Below, one piece after another: positions 35,940-49,556 of a stretch of 53,336 nt of DNA (position 1 is the stretch's first letter; each line of letters opens with the position of its first letter). Position numbers and translations under genes: made by a program. The notes under the pieces were generated by a model. It searched no databases, had not been told where the DNA came from, and saw nothing but the letters and a program-made list of their open reading frames with translations. The stretch covers positions 54,966,548 to 55,019,883 of the forward strand of contig NC_068984.1 of the NCBI RefSeq assembly GCF_001194135.2, read 5' to 3'. Origin of the DNA: Octopus bimaculoides. Taxonomy: Eukaryota.

Positions 35940-37150
35940 AAGAATCAAGGTTTTATGCAATTTCCAGATATTATTTTAGCATTTTTTAGCAGCAAATTAA
36001 TTTTATTACATTCCTTTAAAATGCCTGTCACAACAAATGCGAGACATATTATTTTTGAAATGTTAGAAGACAGCAGTCTCATTTTTACTTTCCACAAACA
36101 GTACACATTTAAATAATACAACAAAACCATTCAATCAAGCACACTTTGAGAGCGAAATGTCGTATGTGGGTAACGGTAACTTAATAAAGTCATTATTATC
36201 TTGGCACAACTATTGAAACAGTCTATTATTGTGCGGCATTTGATTTCATCTTTTCTATAGCCCTAATTATTATGTTTAATGGTGAATGAAAACTTGTACA
36301 CAATGTATGCAACTGTTTTCATGAAAAAAGTTTGCCTAAGCACCAAATAACAAAAACACAATAGGTTTAGCAATCTCTTCATCAAAACTGTGATAACGGC
36401 CTATCATTAATGGAGCCGCATCAGTAGAACAGGCAGCAAAATTACTCCTGATTGTATTAGTTGTTTCAAAGTAGGATTTCACTAGAGTAAATATCGATAT
36501 TTTGTACCTTTGACAAGATTTAGGTAAATAGCATTGCCAACAATAAATCATTATTATCTTTAATGTAGACTAGCCTACCTGCAAAGAAAATGAGGAGTTT
36601 TCGCGGAAAGCAGTAAGTTTAATTTCAACATCAATCAGTCTTCCATCAATGCATCGCGTAACTGAATTTATCGATAAGGGACTATGTTTCCTTTCATGAA
36701 TTCATTTGGATCCTGTTGCATAACTAATGAAATAGATTCTTTGTTAGCGTGTAATATCAACATTTCACCAAAGGCTGCAGATAATCCATCGTAGCTCTTG
36801 GCATTTTGCTTCTTAAATAAGGTAGTTGTTATAGAACGATTTTATGTCTTTCATGCAAGTTTTGAAAATATTCAATAGGCTTATCTTTATTTTTGAATGC
36901 TGAGTAGCAGAATGTTCTAGGAATCAACTTGATTTCAGTGATCTGCTCGAAAATATCTTGTGACACAAGAAGCTTATTAGCAGTTTTTGTTTATAATCGT
37001 AGAAAAACCTATCTTCACATACCTTGGTAAATAACCATAAACGTATCATTGTTTTTTTAAGATATATCAAACAGATATTGCCACAGAAAATATAAAAATT
37101 CATATGTTGTTCATCACCGAAAATTAGAAAACATTTTCTCCCACTTAGGC
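35940..37150 (-). mobile_element. hAT (Buster/Charlie-like) transposase remnant
   Basis: IFTLVKSYFE...NFAACSTDAAPLMIGRY matches the conserved xTDGAxxMxG motif; upstream SVTRCIDG...FSLQV (RRI...FSLQxDES-like); many stops. Confidence 0.75.
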
Positions 37151-37449
37151 ATCATGCATAGATTAATTCCTACCTCAAAAATTAGGGACAAGGTTAATGA
37201 TTTTGAAAATTCAACTTCAAAACACCATAAGACAAAACTACTAATGAAGATATCAGCAAGAAACTAATAAATATATTTCCATCCAGTCTGAAAATTGCCG
37301 AAGAACGGAAAACAAAAGAGTATTACATGGGCGTTTTAGGGAATGTCCTCCGCGAGATAGAACTGGTCTATCAAACTTTCTAAACTTTCTCACATGTTCT
37401 TTTCTCTCGACAAATATGAGTATAATAGGAGTGAAATATATTAGTATGT

Positions 37450-38700
37450 AGCCTGAGATGGGTTTGGATGTATGGTTCCTTGCTCAGCAACCCCAGGTCA
37501 CTAGACAGATTTAGTAGCCCCTAGTGAGACAAAAGTGTCATGAACGTGCACTCTGACGTCCACATTTGATAACTATTGATTTGTTCTTATATTATTATCT
37601 GCTACGATAGAGCAACGGGCGGCAGGTTTGTTTTTGGAACTTGCAACACGGACAGTACCTTGGGTTCCGGTTTCAGACAGTAAGAGGGTGTTACTAGATG
37701 TTAGCGGCAGCAAAGGTACTGTATTTAGATTTATGGAAATTCTTTCGGCCAGCACGAGAGTACGGCTGGAGCTGAGGACGTTTGCAAGCTTTCCTGATGA
37801 TATCACATTTTTTGGTACTATCGAGGTATTGGTATTGAATTTTAGATACACGTTGGGATATTTTCTATGGAGTTAGCCGATAACGGAAATGGTTGTAAAA
37901 GCCTCTCAAATCTACTCAGACGTTTTTAAATGTCTGACGTCTAGCTACTGGATATCTCGAATATACCCGTATAGAGATGGAGCGACACCAGCATGTCATC
38001 TCTATCGTACCTAGATAGAGTTTGATGGACCCAAGGGTGGGGTGCAACGTGGGAATAAAACCACAACTCGGACCAGAATTAGTTCGTTTCTCATACTGTT
38101 AAGCAGTTGTGTACGGCTTTCCTGGAGCTCTTTATTCAACTTTTCGAGTGAGCTATCGGCTGTAGACGGTAGTTGATCTTATTATCTAGTTCAACGGCTT
38201 GTCGAAACTCTCGGCAGAAATACATAGTAGTATGAAAATCCAATAGCAATATCAGAACTACAGAATGTCCTGGTTTGCTGCATGAGATTCAAATTGCTCT
38301 CTTTGGATAGCCTGTCACATAAGCTTTACAAATACATATCAGAGTTGTTCAGCAACCTCGTGGCAGGCGTGTACCATTAGACAGTCTAGCTGTTCTCAAC
38401 ATTCTCTACAGGACATCAACAGAGCGACTACAGATGTTACTGCAGATATTCGCAACACAGGTCGTTTCTCTTCATTTCTTTTAAGGATGCACAATCATTA
38501 GGCAAGCAAAGAACAAAAGTAGATGCATCGCATCTCGATTGCTATCAAGCATATTAAACATTCAACCGGTTTGGCAATGCGGTTGATGGAAGATTCACTT
38601 TAGCAGTTTGTATAGAATTAGTGGACAAGAAGGAACTAGATGTCCGGATCCGGTAATATGACTAACATCTAAAACTTCTGAGCCTGAAAGTGCTACCGAG
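37450..38700 (-). mobile_element. Possible decayed Gypsy-type gag/protease region
   Basis: AKVNLP, LMQQTRTFCSSD...VFLPR, KNFHK...CPCCKF and IVAD...LSNVDVRVHV loosely follow the order KLP, LLxxMRxL, CxxHxxFG, FLIDTGA. Confidence 0.35.
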
Positions 38701-39175
38701 AGGCAAGGTTATTTCAGGATAAGCTCTACAAGTAGGGCTTTGCTATCAAACAGAAGTGTCCAAGATGCTCGTAGAGTGACGAGAGCGTAACCTACTCATT
38801 CATTACGCAACATTCCCTTGAACAGCTGTTATTACTTGGAGGACAGATTCACATATTGACTAAGCCCATCGTAGACACTGCTCCGCCTCACATCCCTTAA
38901 CTGTGAAGTTCAGGTAGATTTCAGCTGTCTAATGGCTAGGGAAAATAAGTTTGTGGTGAACGAGGCTAAAAGGATTGAACATAGTGTCCACCTTCTACCG
39001 TTAAATTCTCACGAACTTCCTCAATTTCCAGTGGGGTTTCTCAAATGGTGCGAACTTCTCATCACTTATTTTTTCTCATTGGATTTTTACATAAATTCTC
39101 ACAGTTTAAGTAACCTATTTTTGCGACGACCCTTTCATTTAGCGCCTCATGGATAATAAAAACCTCCTCCTCCTT

Positions 39176-39177
<2 letters not shown>

Positions 39178-39216
<39 letters not shown>
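39178..39216. repeat. (CAT)n microsatellite
   Basis: Direct reading. Confidence 0.95.
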
Positions 39217-39657
39217 TTTTTAATTGTTATAACATGAAAAATGATGGTTGGCTTTGTTAGTAGTATTCAGATAAAATTAACAGGATTGCTTAGTTTTGTA
39301 ATTTCATAATCCTGACATATTTCCACTACGTTATTCTCTCCCTACAAAGTCATTGCCTTGTGACAAATCTCTCTCACCTTTTATATAATTACTTCGAGCC
39401 TCTGCTTCTTACATTCAAAACTACCTTACATTTAGGGTGACACACAAAAAAATGTCTTCATTAAAACTAAGAAAAAAATTAACAGGAACTCAACCATGAA
39501 CAGCTCTCAACCTTTTCTGCTATAGCCACAAAGCTTACAAAAGCTGTATACGTTTTCTCTGGAAGGAAGGTGTTGAAGAGACAATCAGAACATATGTATC
39601 AGACACTTCACCTCGCAATTATTCAGAATAATCTTTTCTACTCAAGGCATAACACCC

Positions 39658-39995
39658 GAAATTTTTGGGAAGGGGGGGGGCAGTCGATTAGATCGACCCC
39701 ATTATGCAACTAGTACTTAATTTATCGACCTCGAAAGGATGAAAGGTAAAGTCGACCTCGGTGGAACGAAAAGACAGACGAAATACCGCTAAGCATTTCG
39801 CCCGGCGTGCTAACGTTTCTGCCAGCTCGCCGCCTCACTTTCTACCCCAGTACTTCGCTGGTACTTAATTATCGACCTCAAAAGGATGAAAAGCAAAGTC
39901 GATCTCGGCAGAATTTGAACTCAGAACGTAGCGACAGACGAAATACCGCTAAGCATTTAATCCGGCTTGCTAACAATTTTACCAGCTCACCGCCT
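39658..39995 (-). mobile_element. Head-to-tail dimer of Nin/Deu-like SINE (39658-39835, 39842-39995)
   Basis: Two successive copies of atcgacctc.aaaggatgaaa.g.aaagtcga.ctcgg...ccagctc.ccgcc. Confidence 0.92.
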
Positions 39996-40784
39996 CGACA
40001 TTATGCAGAATAATATGAAGACAGCTGGTTCATGTATATTGCACGTTACTATTGTTCAAATTTCTTGTATTATTTTTACAAATTTTAGGCATTTAAATCG
40101 TACAAATTCCTTACAGTGATTTGATTTCGATTCTCCAAATACATTTTCACTACCCTATCAAAGATGCTTAACGCGTTGTAAACGTTCCAGTAACACACTG
40201 TGCGTTCAAATGAATGACTACTTTGTGTCCCTTCAGGACAACAAAAATCTACTCAACACATGCTGGGTATACTTTTAAAATTGCTTCTAACATATTTTAT
40301 TTTTATATACGGCCAACGAAGGAAGCACTATGACGTCAGTCAGTATGTTCAATATATCAGACAAAACTGTCTCAAATTACACTTCACTCTATTAAAGAAA
40401 GAAAGCACACAGTTTTTCAATCATCTAAAGTGACGGCTCGTACTAGATCTGCTGTATGAAGATTAATCTGGAGATAAAGTACAAAAGCAACAGCAAATGA
40501 TTTGTAACTGAAATAAATTCCAGAATCTTAAAATGTAGTTTTACGTCAGAGAGAATTTCGTATAGAACTTTAAACTGAGAATGTTTTGTTGTTCTTGTCT
40601 CTACAAACAGAAACATCATGTGTGACAAAGAATTTATAAATATCGATTATTGCCATTTTTCACATATTCAAGTCTAAGAGTCTGACACTTGTAGTTTTAT
40701 CTTCCTTCATTTTGTTCTCACACTTCTCTCTCTTCACACACAGACACAAACATACAAACTCTCTTTATCTCTCTCTATATATAG

Positions 40785-40856
<72 letters not shown>

Positions 40857-41749
40857 TTTTCCAACTACATTCTCTTTTAATTAAGCAAATATTTTGGTCA
40901 TAGTTTCAATAATAATATCCAATAAGATTGATAGAGAGTGCAAGTGATAGTGCTAAATCATTTTCTCATTTAAAATGGTACACCATAAATAAATTTGCTC
41001 TATAATCCACGAAATATATTATAAACTAACACTTTCATAATATTAATTCAGAAAAATATTCATAAAGAAAACTTTGTGCAAGTGTTAAACCTATACATTA
41101 AGTCGATCTTTAAATAACTCAGCATTTAATTGTAAGATAATTGCGACTTAATAAACAGAGACTCGAGCAAATAATTAATTCTAATAAACTAAATTCTAAT
41201 GAATGGCGTTGACGATCGATTCCATGTTAATAATTAACGGTCTGAAAACCTATTATTAGGAATTAACTCCACCTGAATTAAACCCTTTTTAAACATTATT
41301 AAAAAGTTACATAAAATAAAACATATCGTTTTATAATTTTCAGAAGAAAATTGTGGACCATGTGTGGGTTATTTGCTGCAAAAATTCCTTTACTTGTAAA
41401 AGAAAAAAGAAACAGCAAAACGAAAACGACACGGAATAACTGATGGTAATAACCAACAGTCGCCAATATAAATCCTCCGTAGATCGAAATCATGGAAGTT
41501 AACATAAAGACATCAGTCGAAGAGACGCATGCATCTTATTGGTATTACCTCCAGATATCTACGTCAAAGATAAAAATACTTTTCTGTTTTCCCGATATCA
41601 CCATATCGACCACATACCATTTTTCTTTAACTGTAGAAAATATTTTGTGACACTACATTTAGACTTCAATGATGACTTCAACTATGTCAACTGTGACATT
41701 GATTATTATAAGAAGAAAACTCTATTAGAAAAGAAACTTAATGAGATCA

Positions 41750-41945
41750 CGCACACGTATACACACACACATACACACACACACACACACACACAACCCC
41801 TTCACACACATACCCACACACATACACACACACACATATAAGGCGGTTATATTTCTTATCCAGTAAGGTTATCTATAAGGTCGCTCTGTCTTGCTTATGC
41901 ATGTATACGTGTATGCATACACACATACATGCACACGCACCTACG

Positions 41946-42000
<55 letters not shown>

Positions 42001-42002
42001 AC
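41750..42002. repeat. Two (CA)n-rich tracts
   Basis: Direct reading. Confidence 0.9.
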
Positions 42003-44379
42003 ATTGATTTGGGACAATATGATGAGAGAAGTAATGTTTAATCGTTGAGAGCAGGCAACAAAAGCAATCAGTAACAAAAAATAAATAGTATTGGACAATA
42101 TATAAAAAAATTTTAAATACAAAGACGTCAAATGAGATTTTCTTCCCCTCCTTAAATTCAGTATTACTGTGTAAAAGTATTCAAATGTTGCTTCGGAAAT
42201 TTGTAAAACCCAATGGGCGTCTGTCCATAACAAACGAAGTTCGTTGAATAGACGCCAATATTCGAATGTTTGTTATTGGCTTTCGTTGCTGGTCGTTGTG
42301 AAATCTTAACAATATTTGAAAACGTATTAAGTTTGTGTATGCTGATGAAATGTTGAAATTATTTTACCGTTTCCGCCAGAGCCCTTAGTGGGAGATGAGA
42401 GAACATACCAAAAGCATTCGAAGCCTTCGATTTTCAAAGCAAACTGGCGCCACCTATTATATTTCTGGATCTTTCTTGAACCGCTTGTGTTGATGATGGT
42501 AATCAATAGATAAACAATATCTCGTATTACTTGATTTCGAAATGCTAGATATATCTACGTCTACTTTCTTCCTCTGATATCACTTCTGTCTTTTGAACAT
42601 ATTCATTGCGCGACTCATCTTCGAAATTCCTTCAACTTATGAGGTCTTCCAGTTCTATCATCGTTATATTGACCATCCTTTACGAAGAAGATTTCACCAT
42701 CTCTCTTCTCAAGAAATATTCCCTTTAAAACTATTCTACTACCAAGTTTTTCCATTTAACTGTTAATGAGCAAAAATCAAATTTGAGCATTATTTACTTA
42801 TTGACTCGTTTCTGATAACTTGCCCCCTATCTCAATTTTCGAAGACATATAAAGACAAAATAGAGTTCATGTTGCTTGCGGGTTAATGGATAATGGAAAA
42901 GTCTCCAAATTCGTAGCCACAGTGCAAATGCAGAAGCTAATATTTCTATTTCCTTTCTTTGATAGCACCACCAGCTAATGTAATATCAAACTACCTAAAT
43001 ACTTAACATAACCATGTTGGGAAGAAATATAAATAACTTGAAGTACTCTTGCTGTTCATTCTCCTGCTTTCATTGTCAGGTATGCTATCTATTAAGCACA
43101 CTGCTTTCAATGTACAAAGCTTCTGCCAGATTTAATGAATTCTACCTACATTACATTTGACAGAATTTTAATAAAGTTACAGACCTTAGTCACTTGATAA
43201 TTGGCACCGAGCTTTTGTGTGGTCAGGCGCTCAGATCACCGGTATGAATAGGCGACATAGTGGCAGAATATTCACTGCATTTGTGGCCAACAGTATGATC
43301 TAGTTGTCTATCAGTTAACACTTCACATACATTTCTGGAAGTATTTCAAGTCGAAGTTTTTGGAAAACTTCCAAAATGTCTTAACTTGATATGGTATCTA
43401 CCACTGTTATTTCAGATTCCATGTACTCGAGATCATATCACTACCAACGATTACTAGTAGAAAAGAGTCAACATTTTATTTTATAATAGCAGCCTGATCA
43501 ATTTCTGTATTTCAAAATTTCTGTTTAATTGACCCATAGAACAACATTAAGCATAATCATTTGGCTCTCACTTTTCTTTCTTCCACATTTCATCTTGAGT
43601 AGGTTCCAGCGAAGAGTAAATATAGTAATACATTTTCTGCCGGTTCTTAACTTGATGGTAAAATATTTTTTATTCCCTCATTGTAATATCTGAAGTTAGG
43701 TTTCGTTTTTTATCGAAACCTATCAATGAAAACTGAATACTGTTAGGATAATAAAGGATGAAAAACATAAAGGAAAGAAAATCAATTATGATTAATTAAA
43801 CTTGCCAAACCTGAAGATGCTAAACATTGCTATGTGTTAAGAATTTTCCGATTATAGCGTTGAGATAAATTATTTAATTATTTTTCGCACATTATTTTCG
43901 CTAAATCTATATTAATTCAATAATATTTTATATAGTAAACGTGATGCCAACCAGTGCTGATAGATATTTAATAAAATTCAGGGCTGTGAATTTACCGCAT
44001 TTTTTCCTTTCTTTCACGTATTACCAAATAAATATATATTTATTTCAATACACATTACTGGCTAAAGTATTTATCAGAAAATATAGAATTGTGTGAGAAT
44101 AATTGAATTTCAATGACGTATTAAGCTTTAAATTTTTTAATGCGATTTTATTGAAAGTGGATGGATTATATTCGAATATCATTTTCGATGACGGCATTAT
44201 CATAGCCTCAGATCAGGTTTTACCTTTTGTATTGCTGACGTGTGTCGAAAATGTTTCAGCCGTATACATACCATAGTCCATGAGATTTTAGTATCTGAGT
44301 CTGAAGAATATGTAGCATCTATAAACTTTAGAGGATCCACGAGACTATTGAAATCAATGTACTTAATGTCCACGCTGGA

Positions 44380-44702
44380 CATTCTTTGAGTGACAGCAGA
44401 GGGAAAAAGACGAGGGCAGTTTTGGAATAAGTTGATGTTCCATTGATGAAAGATTAGGCAAAATGGTAAGTGAATATATAATAGAAGTAATGCGAGGATG
44501 ATTAACGAATGAAATGGGTAGACTTAGGAAGGAATGGTATGTAGTTATACGGTTCAGAGGAGGAAGTAGAGCCATTCTTGTAGCAATACAATGGATACAT
44601 TGTCGCTCTCCTCGTTCAGAGGTTGTAGAGTGTTGTTAATTTAAACATTGCCAATCAGTTAGCTAAACTTATTGTTGCGATTGTGTAGCAGTAGCGCCGA
44701 CT

Positions 44703-44741
<39 letters not shown>

Positions 44742-45320
44742 GAGGACTGTTTTCTACTTAAGGTCTTTGTTGAGCTTTAGAGAAAAACAATAATTGATAA
44801 CAGCTGAAATATTATCTCCTAAAATGAAAGATAAGTGTTTTGATACATATTTAGGATTATTTTCTATATAGGATCAGTGTGAAATGACAGCGAGACCAAG
44901 CAGTATTTATAGTAAAGTTCACGGTTTAGCTGCGTGTTGTACCATATTACTTCCTTTATATGTGCAATGATTGTACCTGCAAACATTACATATCGTTTCG
45001 AGATACATATTAATACAGATAATGTTTGGCGTGAATTCTCTAGTTTCCATTTGAAGGACACCTGCGTGGATAGTGTCATGGATTTGTGAATAGTGATATT
45101 ATTTACATAGTAGTGGGAATAAGAAGGTCATTAATGTATAGGAAAAATAGTGCAAGAGGAAGTAAATGAGCCGTGTGGTGCCCCAATGTTAAAAATGTGT
45201 GTGGCAGAGAGAATCCCGACAGAATAATCTGAAAGGACAGTACAAAATGGAAGTTATGCGTCGTAGGTAGGCATCTTAGAAAGTTCTCTTGTAAGACTCA
45301 GTTAAAATAATTTGCTGGAT
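44380..45320 (-). mobile_element. Decayed APE-type LINE RT (third copy of the 28-kb/35-kb family)
   Basis: NIGAPHGS (GVPQGS), LFFLYINDLL and YVNNITIH (YADDxTL) near 45050-45200; 3' part TLYNL*TRR...LLPPL at 44560-44660. Confidence 0.7.
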
Positions 45321-45598
45321 TCAAATACGACATGTGTCTCACGAAATTTCTTAACCGGTAACACCGGAGATTTCTAGAAGATTTGGATGTACTAAGTGTA
45401 TAGTGTTTGACATTGAAGAACGAGGGAACCTTGAACAGGCTATCTAAACTTCATCGTCTTTTACATAAGATACTGCACAGCTCAAAGAAGGTTGTCATTT
45501 ATTGTTTTTTCTCACCATATGTCGTTCTTGTTTTGTTCAATTACGGTTACTTTAAAGTTACCACACCTTGGTAGGTATGTGTTTATGTTCCCATTGTG

Positions 45599-45983
45599 TG
45601 GAGGCGCAATGGCCCAGTAGTTAGGGCAGCGGATTCGCGGTCATAGCATCGCGGTTTCGATTTCCAGACCGGGCGTTGTGAGTATTTATTGAGCGAAAAC
45701 ACCTAAAGTTCCATGAGGCTCCGGCAGGGGATGGTGGCGAACCCTGCTGTACTCTTCCACCACAACTTTCTCTTACTTCCTGTTTCTGTTGTACCTGTAT
45801 TTCAAAGGACCAGCCTTGTCACACTGTGTCACGCTGAATATCCCCGAGAACTACATTAAGGGTACACGTGTCTGTGGATTGCTGAGCCACTTGCACGTTA
45901 ATTTCACGAGCAGGCTGTTCCGTTGATCGGATCAACTGGAACCCTCGACGTCGTAAGCGACGGAGTGCCAACAACAACAACAG
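45599..45983 (+). mobile_element. Full-length young tRNA-derived SINE with (CAA)n tail and 12-bp TSD
   Basis: Head tggaggcgcaatggcccagtagttagggc...ggtttcgatttcc; tail gccaacaacaacaaca; gttcccattgtg at 45587-45598 and 45984-45995. Confidence 0.95.
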
Positions 45984-46934
45984 GTTCCCATTGTGACCCT
46001 GAACGTATGAGAGAGCTCATTACACTCCAATCACGATTTATTTATATACGGTGGTAAATCATAAAAGGATGATGTTCAAGTCAAAGGAAAAACAGGTATT
46101 GCGTTCACCTGCAAGATTCTATTGAATCGAGTTTATCTCCTTGCAATCCATCATAGGTATTTTGCTGGATTCGATCTAAATGATATTCTCATGTTCTAAC
46201 GATAGAAATCGATATCATCATTTTCTTTTGTACATCACGTTAGTAATTCTGCGCGAGAGCTGAAAATCGTGAAAATGTTATGAGAATATGTGTGTAGAAA
46301 TCTTAGTTTACTTCATCCGGAGAAAAATCTTTTATAAAGATTAATCATTTTAATCTTAAATAGAAGTAATAAAAGATAACAGCCTGGTATCATTGTTGTT
46401 GACAGTCTACTTAAAGCCGGGAAACAAATCCAATTAAGGCCTAAATCCGAAAATCAAAACTGAAATGCGTTATCGACACTTTCGTGGACAGAGCAAATAA
46501 TATGGCCTTATATAGGATGACAGTTATGTTGATAGCAAAAGTTTGCAAACAGACCGAACGCTCTGTTATTCTATGTGCTCTGACAAAGCGATCAGCTTCG
46601 ATAAATAATGAAAAAGGTGCATAAATAGCGGTTTCATAACTCTGGCAACGTTGTGAAATCCCAGCGGGAATGGAAACCATTAATTTATCAAAGTAGGCTT
46701 ATAGATTCTTTGATCAAGATAATTGCTTACTATATATCATTACTTTTGTTAATTTGAAATCAGTCAGGTGAAGCTCGTATTTCCACTTCTCGAATTTTCT
46801 CTGCTTTACACTCTATGCTTTGAAAACAAGCCGCTTTAACGAAAGCACACATTAACATGCAACCATAAAAAATAACATACAGACAAAAAACTATATATAC
46901 ACATATATAACCTAATCAAGAAGAAGAAAACCTT

Positions 46935-46966
<32 letters not shown>

Positions 46967-47062
46967 ATACGCACATATATATGCATGTATGTATATATGT
47001 ATGTATGTTTGTATGCATGTGTGTATGTATGTATGAATATATATATATATATATACACACAT
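46935..47062. repeat. (CA)n/(TATG)n/(TA)n microsatellite
   Basis: Direct reading. Confidence 0.9.
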
Positions 47063-47580
47063 ATATGCTGGTAATGTGTGCGTGCGCAGGCACATTTGAA
47101 GTATTAGCTATTTATTCGGTACTTTATTTTGTAACACCTAAGCTTTAAGGTTCACTTGATATAATTAACACACTTGACATGTCAAAGCTAGGGACCCCCT
47201 AACTTTATCTATGTGAGAGAAGGAAAGTATGTGTTCCCTTCAAAACAATAATACAAAAAAACATAATTAACATGAAATTACATGATTAAGAACGAGCAAA
47301 GTAAGTGATTATTATGTCTTAATTAATAACGATGGTTTGGTAGACGCTATAGAATTCCGTGAGAAGCATTTCCGCAATATATGTTACTCCTCTATGCTCT
47401 GATTTCAAATTCCGCTGAAATTTCGCTGTGTATTTCATGTTTTTGATTTAGTAGATTTTATATGTTATACAAGATATACAGGTAAATTTAATTTACTGTA
47501 TGCTATTTTAAATCTGTCACGCCAGTATGAGAAATAAAACTAAAATATATGTCGTGGATGGATGATATTACAGCTATGTC

Positions 47581-47765
47581 CTAGATAAGCTGAAAAATGT
47601 TTAGCAGCATTTCGTCCGTCTTCACATCTGCGTTGAACGAGGTCAATTTTGCCTTTGATCCTTCCAAGGTCGATAAAATAAGTACCAGCTGAACACTGGG
47701 GTCAATGCGATCGACTTATCCCCTCCTCCCAAATGACTGGTCTTCTGCCAAAATTTGAAATCAAT
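47581..47765 (+). mobile_element. Nin/Deu-like SINE (an older head fragment lies at about 47330-47430)
   Basis: gcatttcgtccgtctt...gaggtcaattttgcctttgatccttccaaggtcgataaaataagtaccagctgaacactggggtc. Confidence 0.9.
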
Positions 47766-48849
47766 ATTTAAAATACATTTTATACTAAACTTATATGCTA
47801 AGTTGTTCAGTTTCATCTGAACACAAGTTTAAAATCGTAGTATATAGTCGATTAGCTCCAAAATTGATCTAGTACGTATTTTCTCAGTAACTAATATAGA
47901 AATACGATATAAAGTTACATAACCATATACTCCAAGGTATTTCCTTCAGTACTCGATCGTTTCCGTCATCTATATTACGTGATACATATACCGCATATCA
48001 TATATATGTATATATATATATATATATNNNNNNNNNNNNNNNNNNNNNNNNNNNNNNNNNNNNNNNNNNNNNNNNNNNNNNNNNNNNNNNNNNNNNNNNN
48101 NNNNNNNNNNNNNTATATATTAAAATACAATATGCGGTATAAGTATCATTATAACGGCTTATAAAACGATAATACTAGTAAGACATTGCTGTAGTCACTC
48201 TTATGTTCATACATCATACAAGCAAACAACTTACTATAAAGCATAGTTTGTAAGTTTCACATTTCATATTCGGAAATATTACCGGTAATTTTTGTTGCCA
48301 TTGGCATTTTTCTACATTCAAGGCATTGCTTATATGCCGGTATAGATTTCATTAATATTTAAACCGATTAAAACAATGTGTACAGGCAGATATAAGTGAC
48401 ACTTAACAAGACATATCCGTACACTATTTCTGTAACTAATGTTTGGAACTAGTAATTTCCGTAGTATGATATATATATTCCCGAATACATTTCAAGAGAA
48501 ATCTTTCTTGAGATTGCCTGCGATAATAATTAAACCCTATATACAAGAATAATTATAATTCTATTTCTACTGTCAGCATACATTATAAGGTGACTCAATG
48601 AATATAAGATAGCGAATACTGCTGTAAAGTATTTGATTTCATCTCTCTTCCATTTGTATAAGAATTCGAATGACACCAACATTGCTCCGGGCTGAATAAG
48701 GGGAACATTGTGAATCTACAATTCGATCCTTTCTTAAACCTCCAAGATAAAATTTACTCAAGAAACAAAACGAAATATGTAAATCAGATGTAAGAACACA
48801 ATCTCTTGCGAATATTATACCTATCTTTGCATTTCATCCCAAATAATGT

Positions 48850-49250
48850 GGCAAATTCAAGCAGACGTTCTCACAGTCATGCACATTGCTTTCATTTTTT
48901 ATCAGAGAAATTATGCAGTAATTCATATTTTGTGATGCTGAATAAATGACTTAAGTTTATTCTCAGTAACACAATATTGAATTAGTTTTACACTAGAGGC
49001 CTTAGCGCCAACATTAACATACGGATATGGTTCTGGATACTTCGTATCATCAAAATTGTTCAATTCTGATAGCTCAATAGTTCAAATAACCTTCCACCAA
49101 ATCTCGTCTGAAGCGACTCATTCCTTTCAGAGACGGATATTATCATTGTAAAATATCTTGGTCACTTGGAATATGTTGTAAATCACTGCAGTTATTCCAT
49201 GTTATCAGTTAGCCTACATTTTTATTTTTGGTTTTTGGTTCATTTTCTTT
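48850..49250 (-). mobile_element. Possible hAT C-terminal dimerisation-domain remnant
   Basis: DEIWWKVI...DDTKYP resembles DxFWxKV...KYPxL; the S..ERxFS motif is not recognisable. Confidence 0.25.
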
Positions 49251-49334
49251 AGAGGTCAGAGTCATCGGTCATCTTGTTGATGGAAACGCATAAGAGGCGA
49301 ATATCTGTTAAAAGGAAGTCAAAATGTGTGAAGA

Positions 49335-49491
49335 TAGGCAGACAGACAAACAGATAGATAGACAGATAGATAGATAAATAGTGAGAGAGAGAGAGAAAGA
49401 GAGAAAGAAGGAGAGGGGGAGATAGATAGGCACGGATTCAGACGATTTGGCGCAGCTATTTGAACGGTAGCGATTTGGCACAGTAGCATAC

Positions 49492-49556
<65 letters not shown>

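Noticed and set aside
39658-39995. Repeated SINE cores as a CRISPR-like array
   Set aside because: Eukaryotic context, irregular spacing; repeats are SINE bodies and no cas genes are present.
40325-40340. TGACGTCA (CRE-like) site as a regulatory element
   Set aside because: A single 8-mer is expected by chance in 53 kb; no promoter context.
44200-44390. 60-65-codon open frames on both strands as an exon
   Set aside because: No recognisable family, weak splice signals, adjacent to a LINE 3' end.
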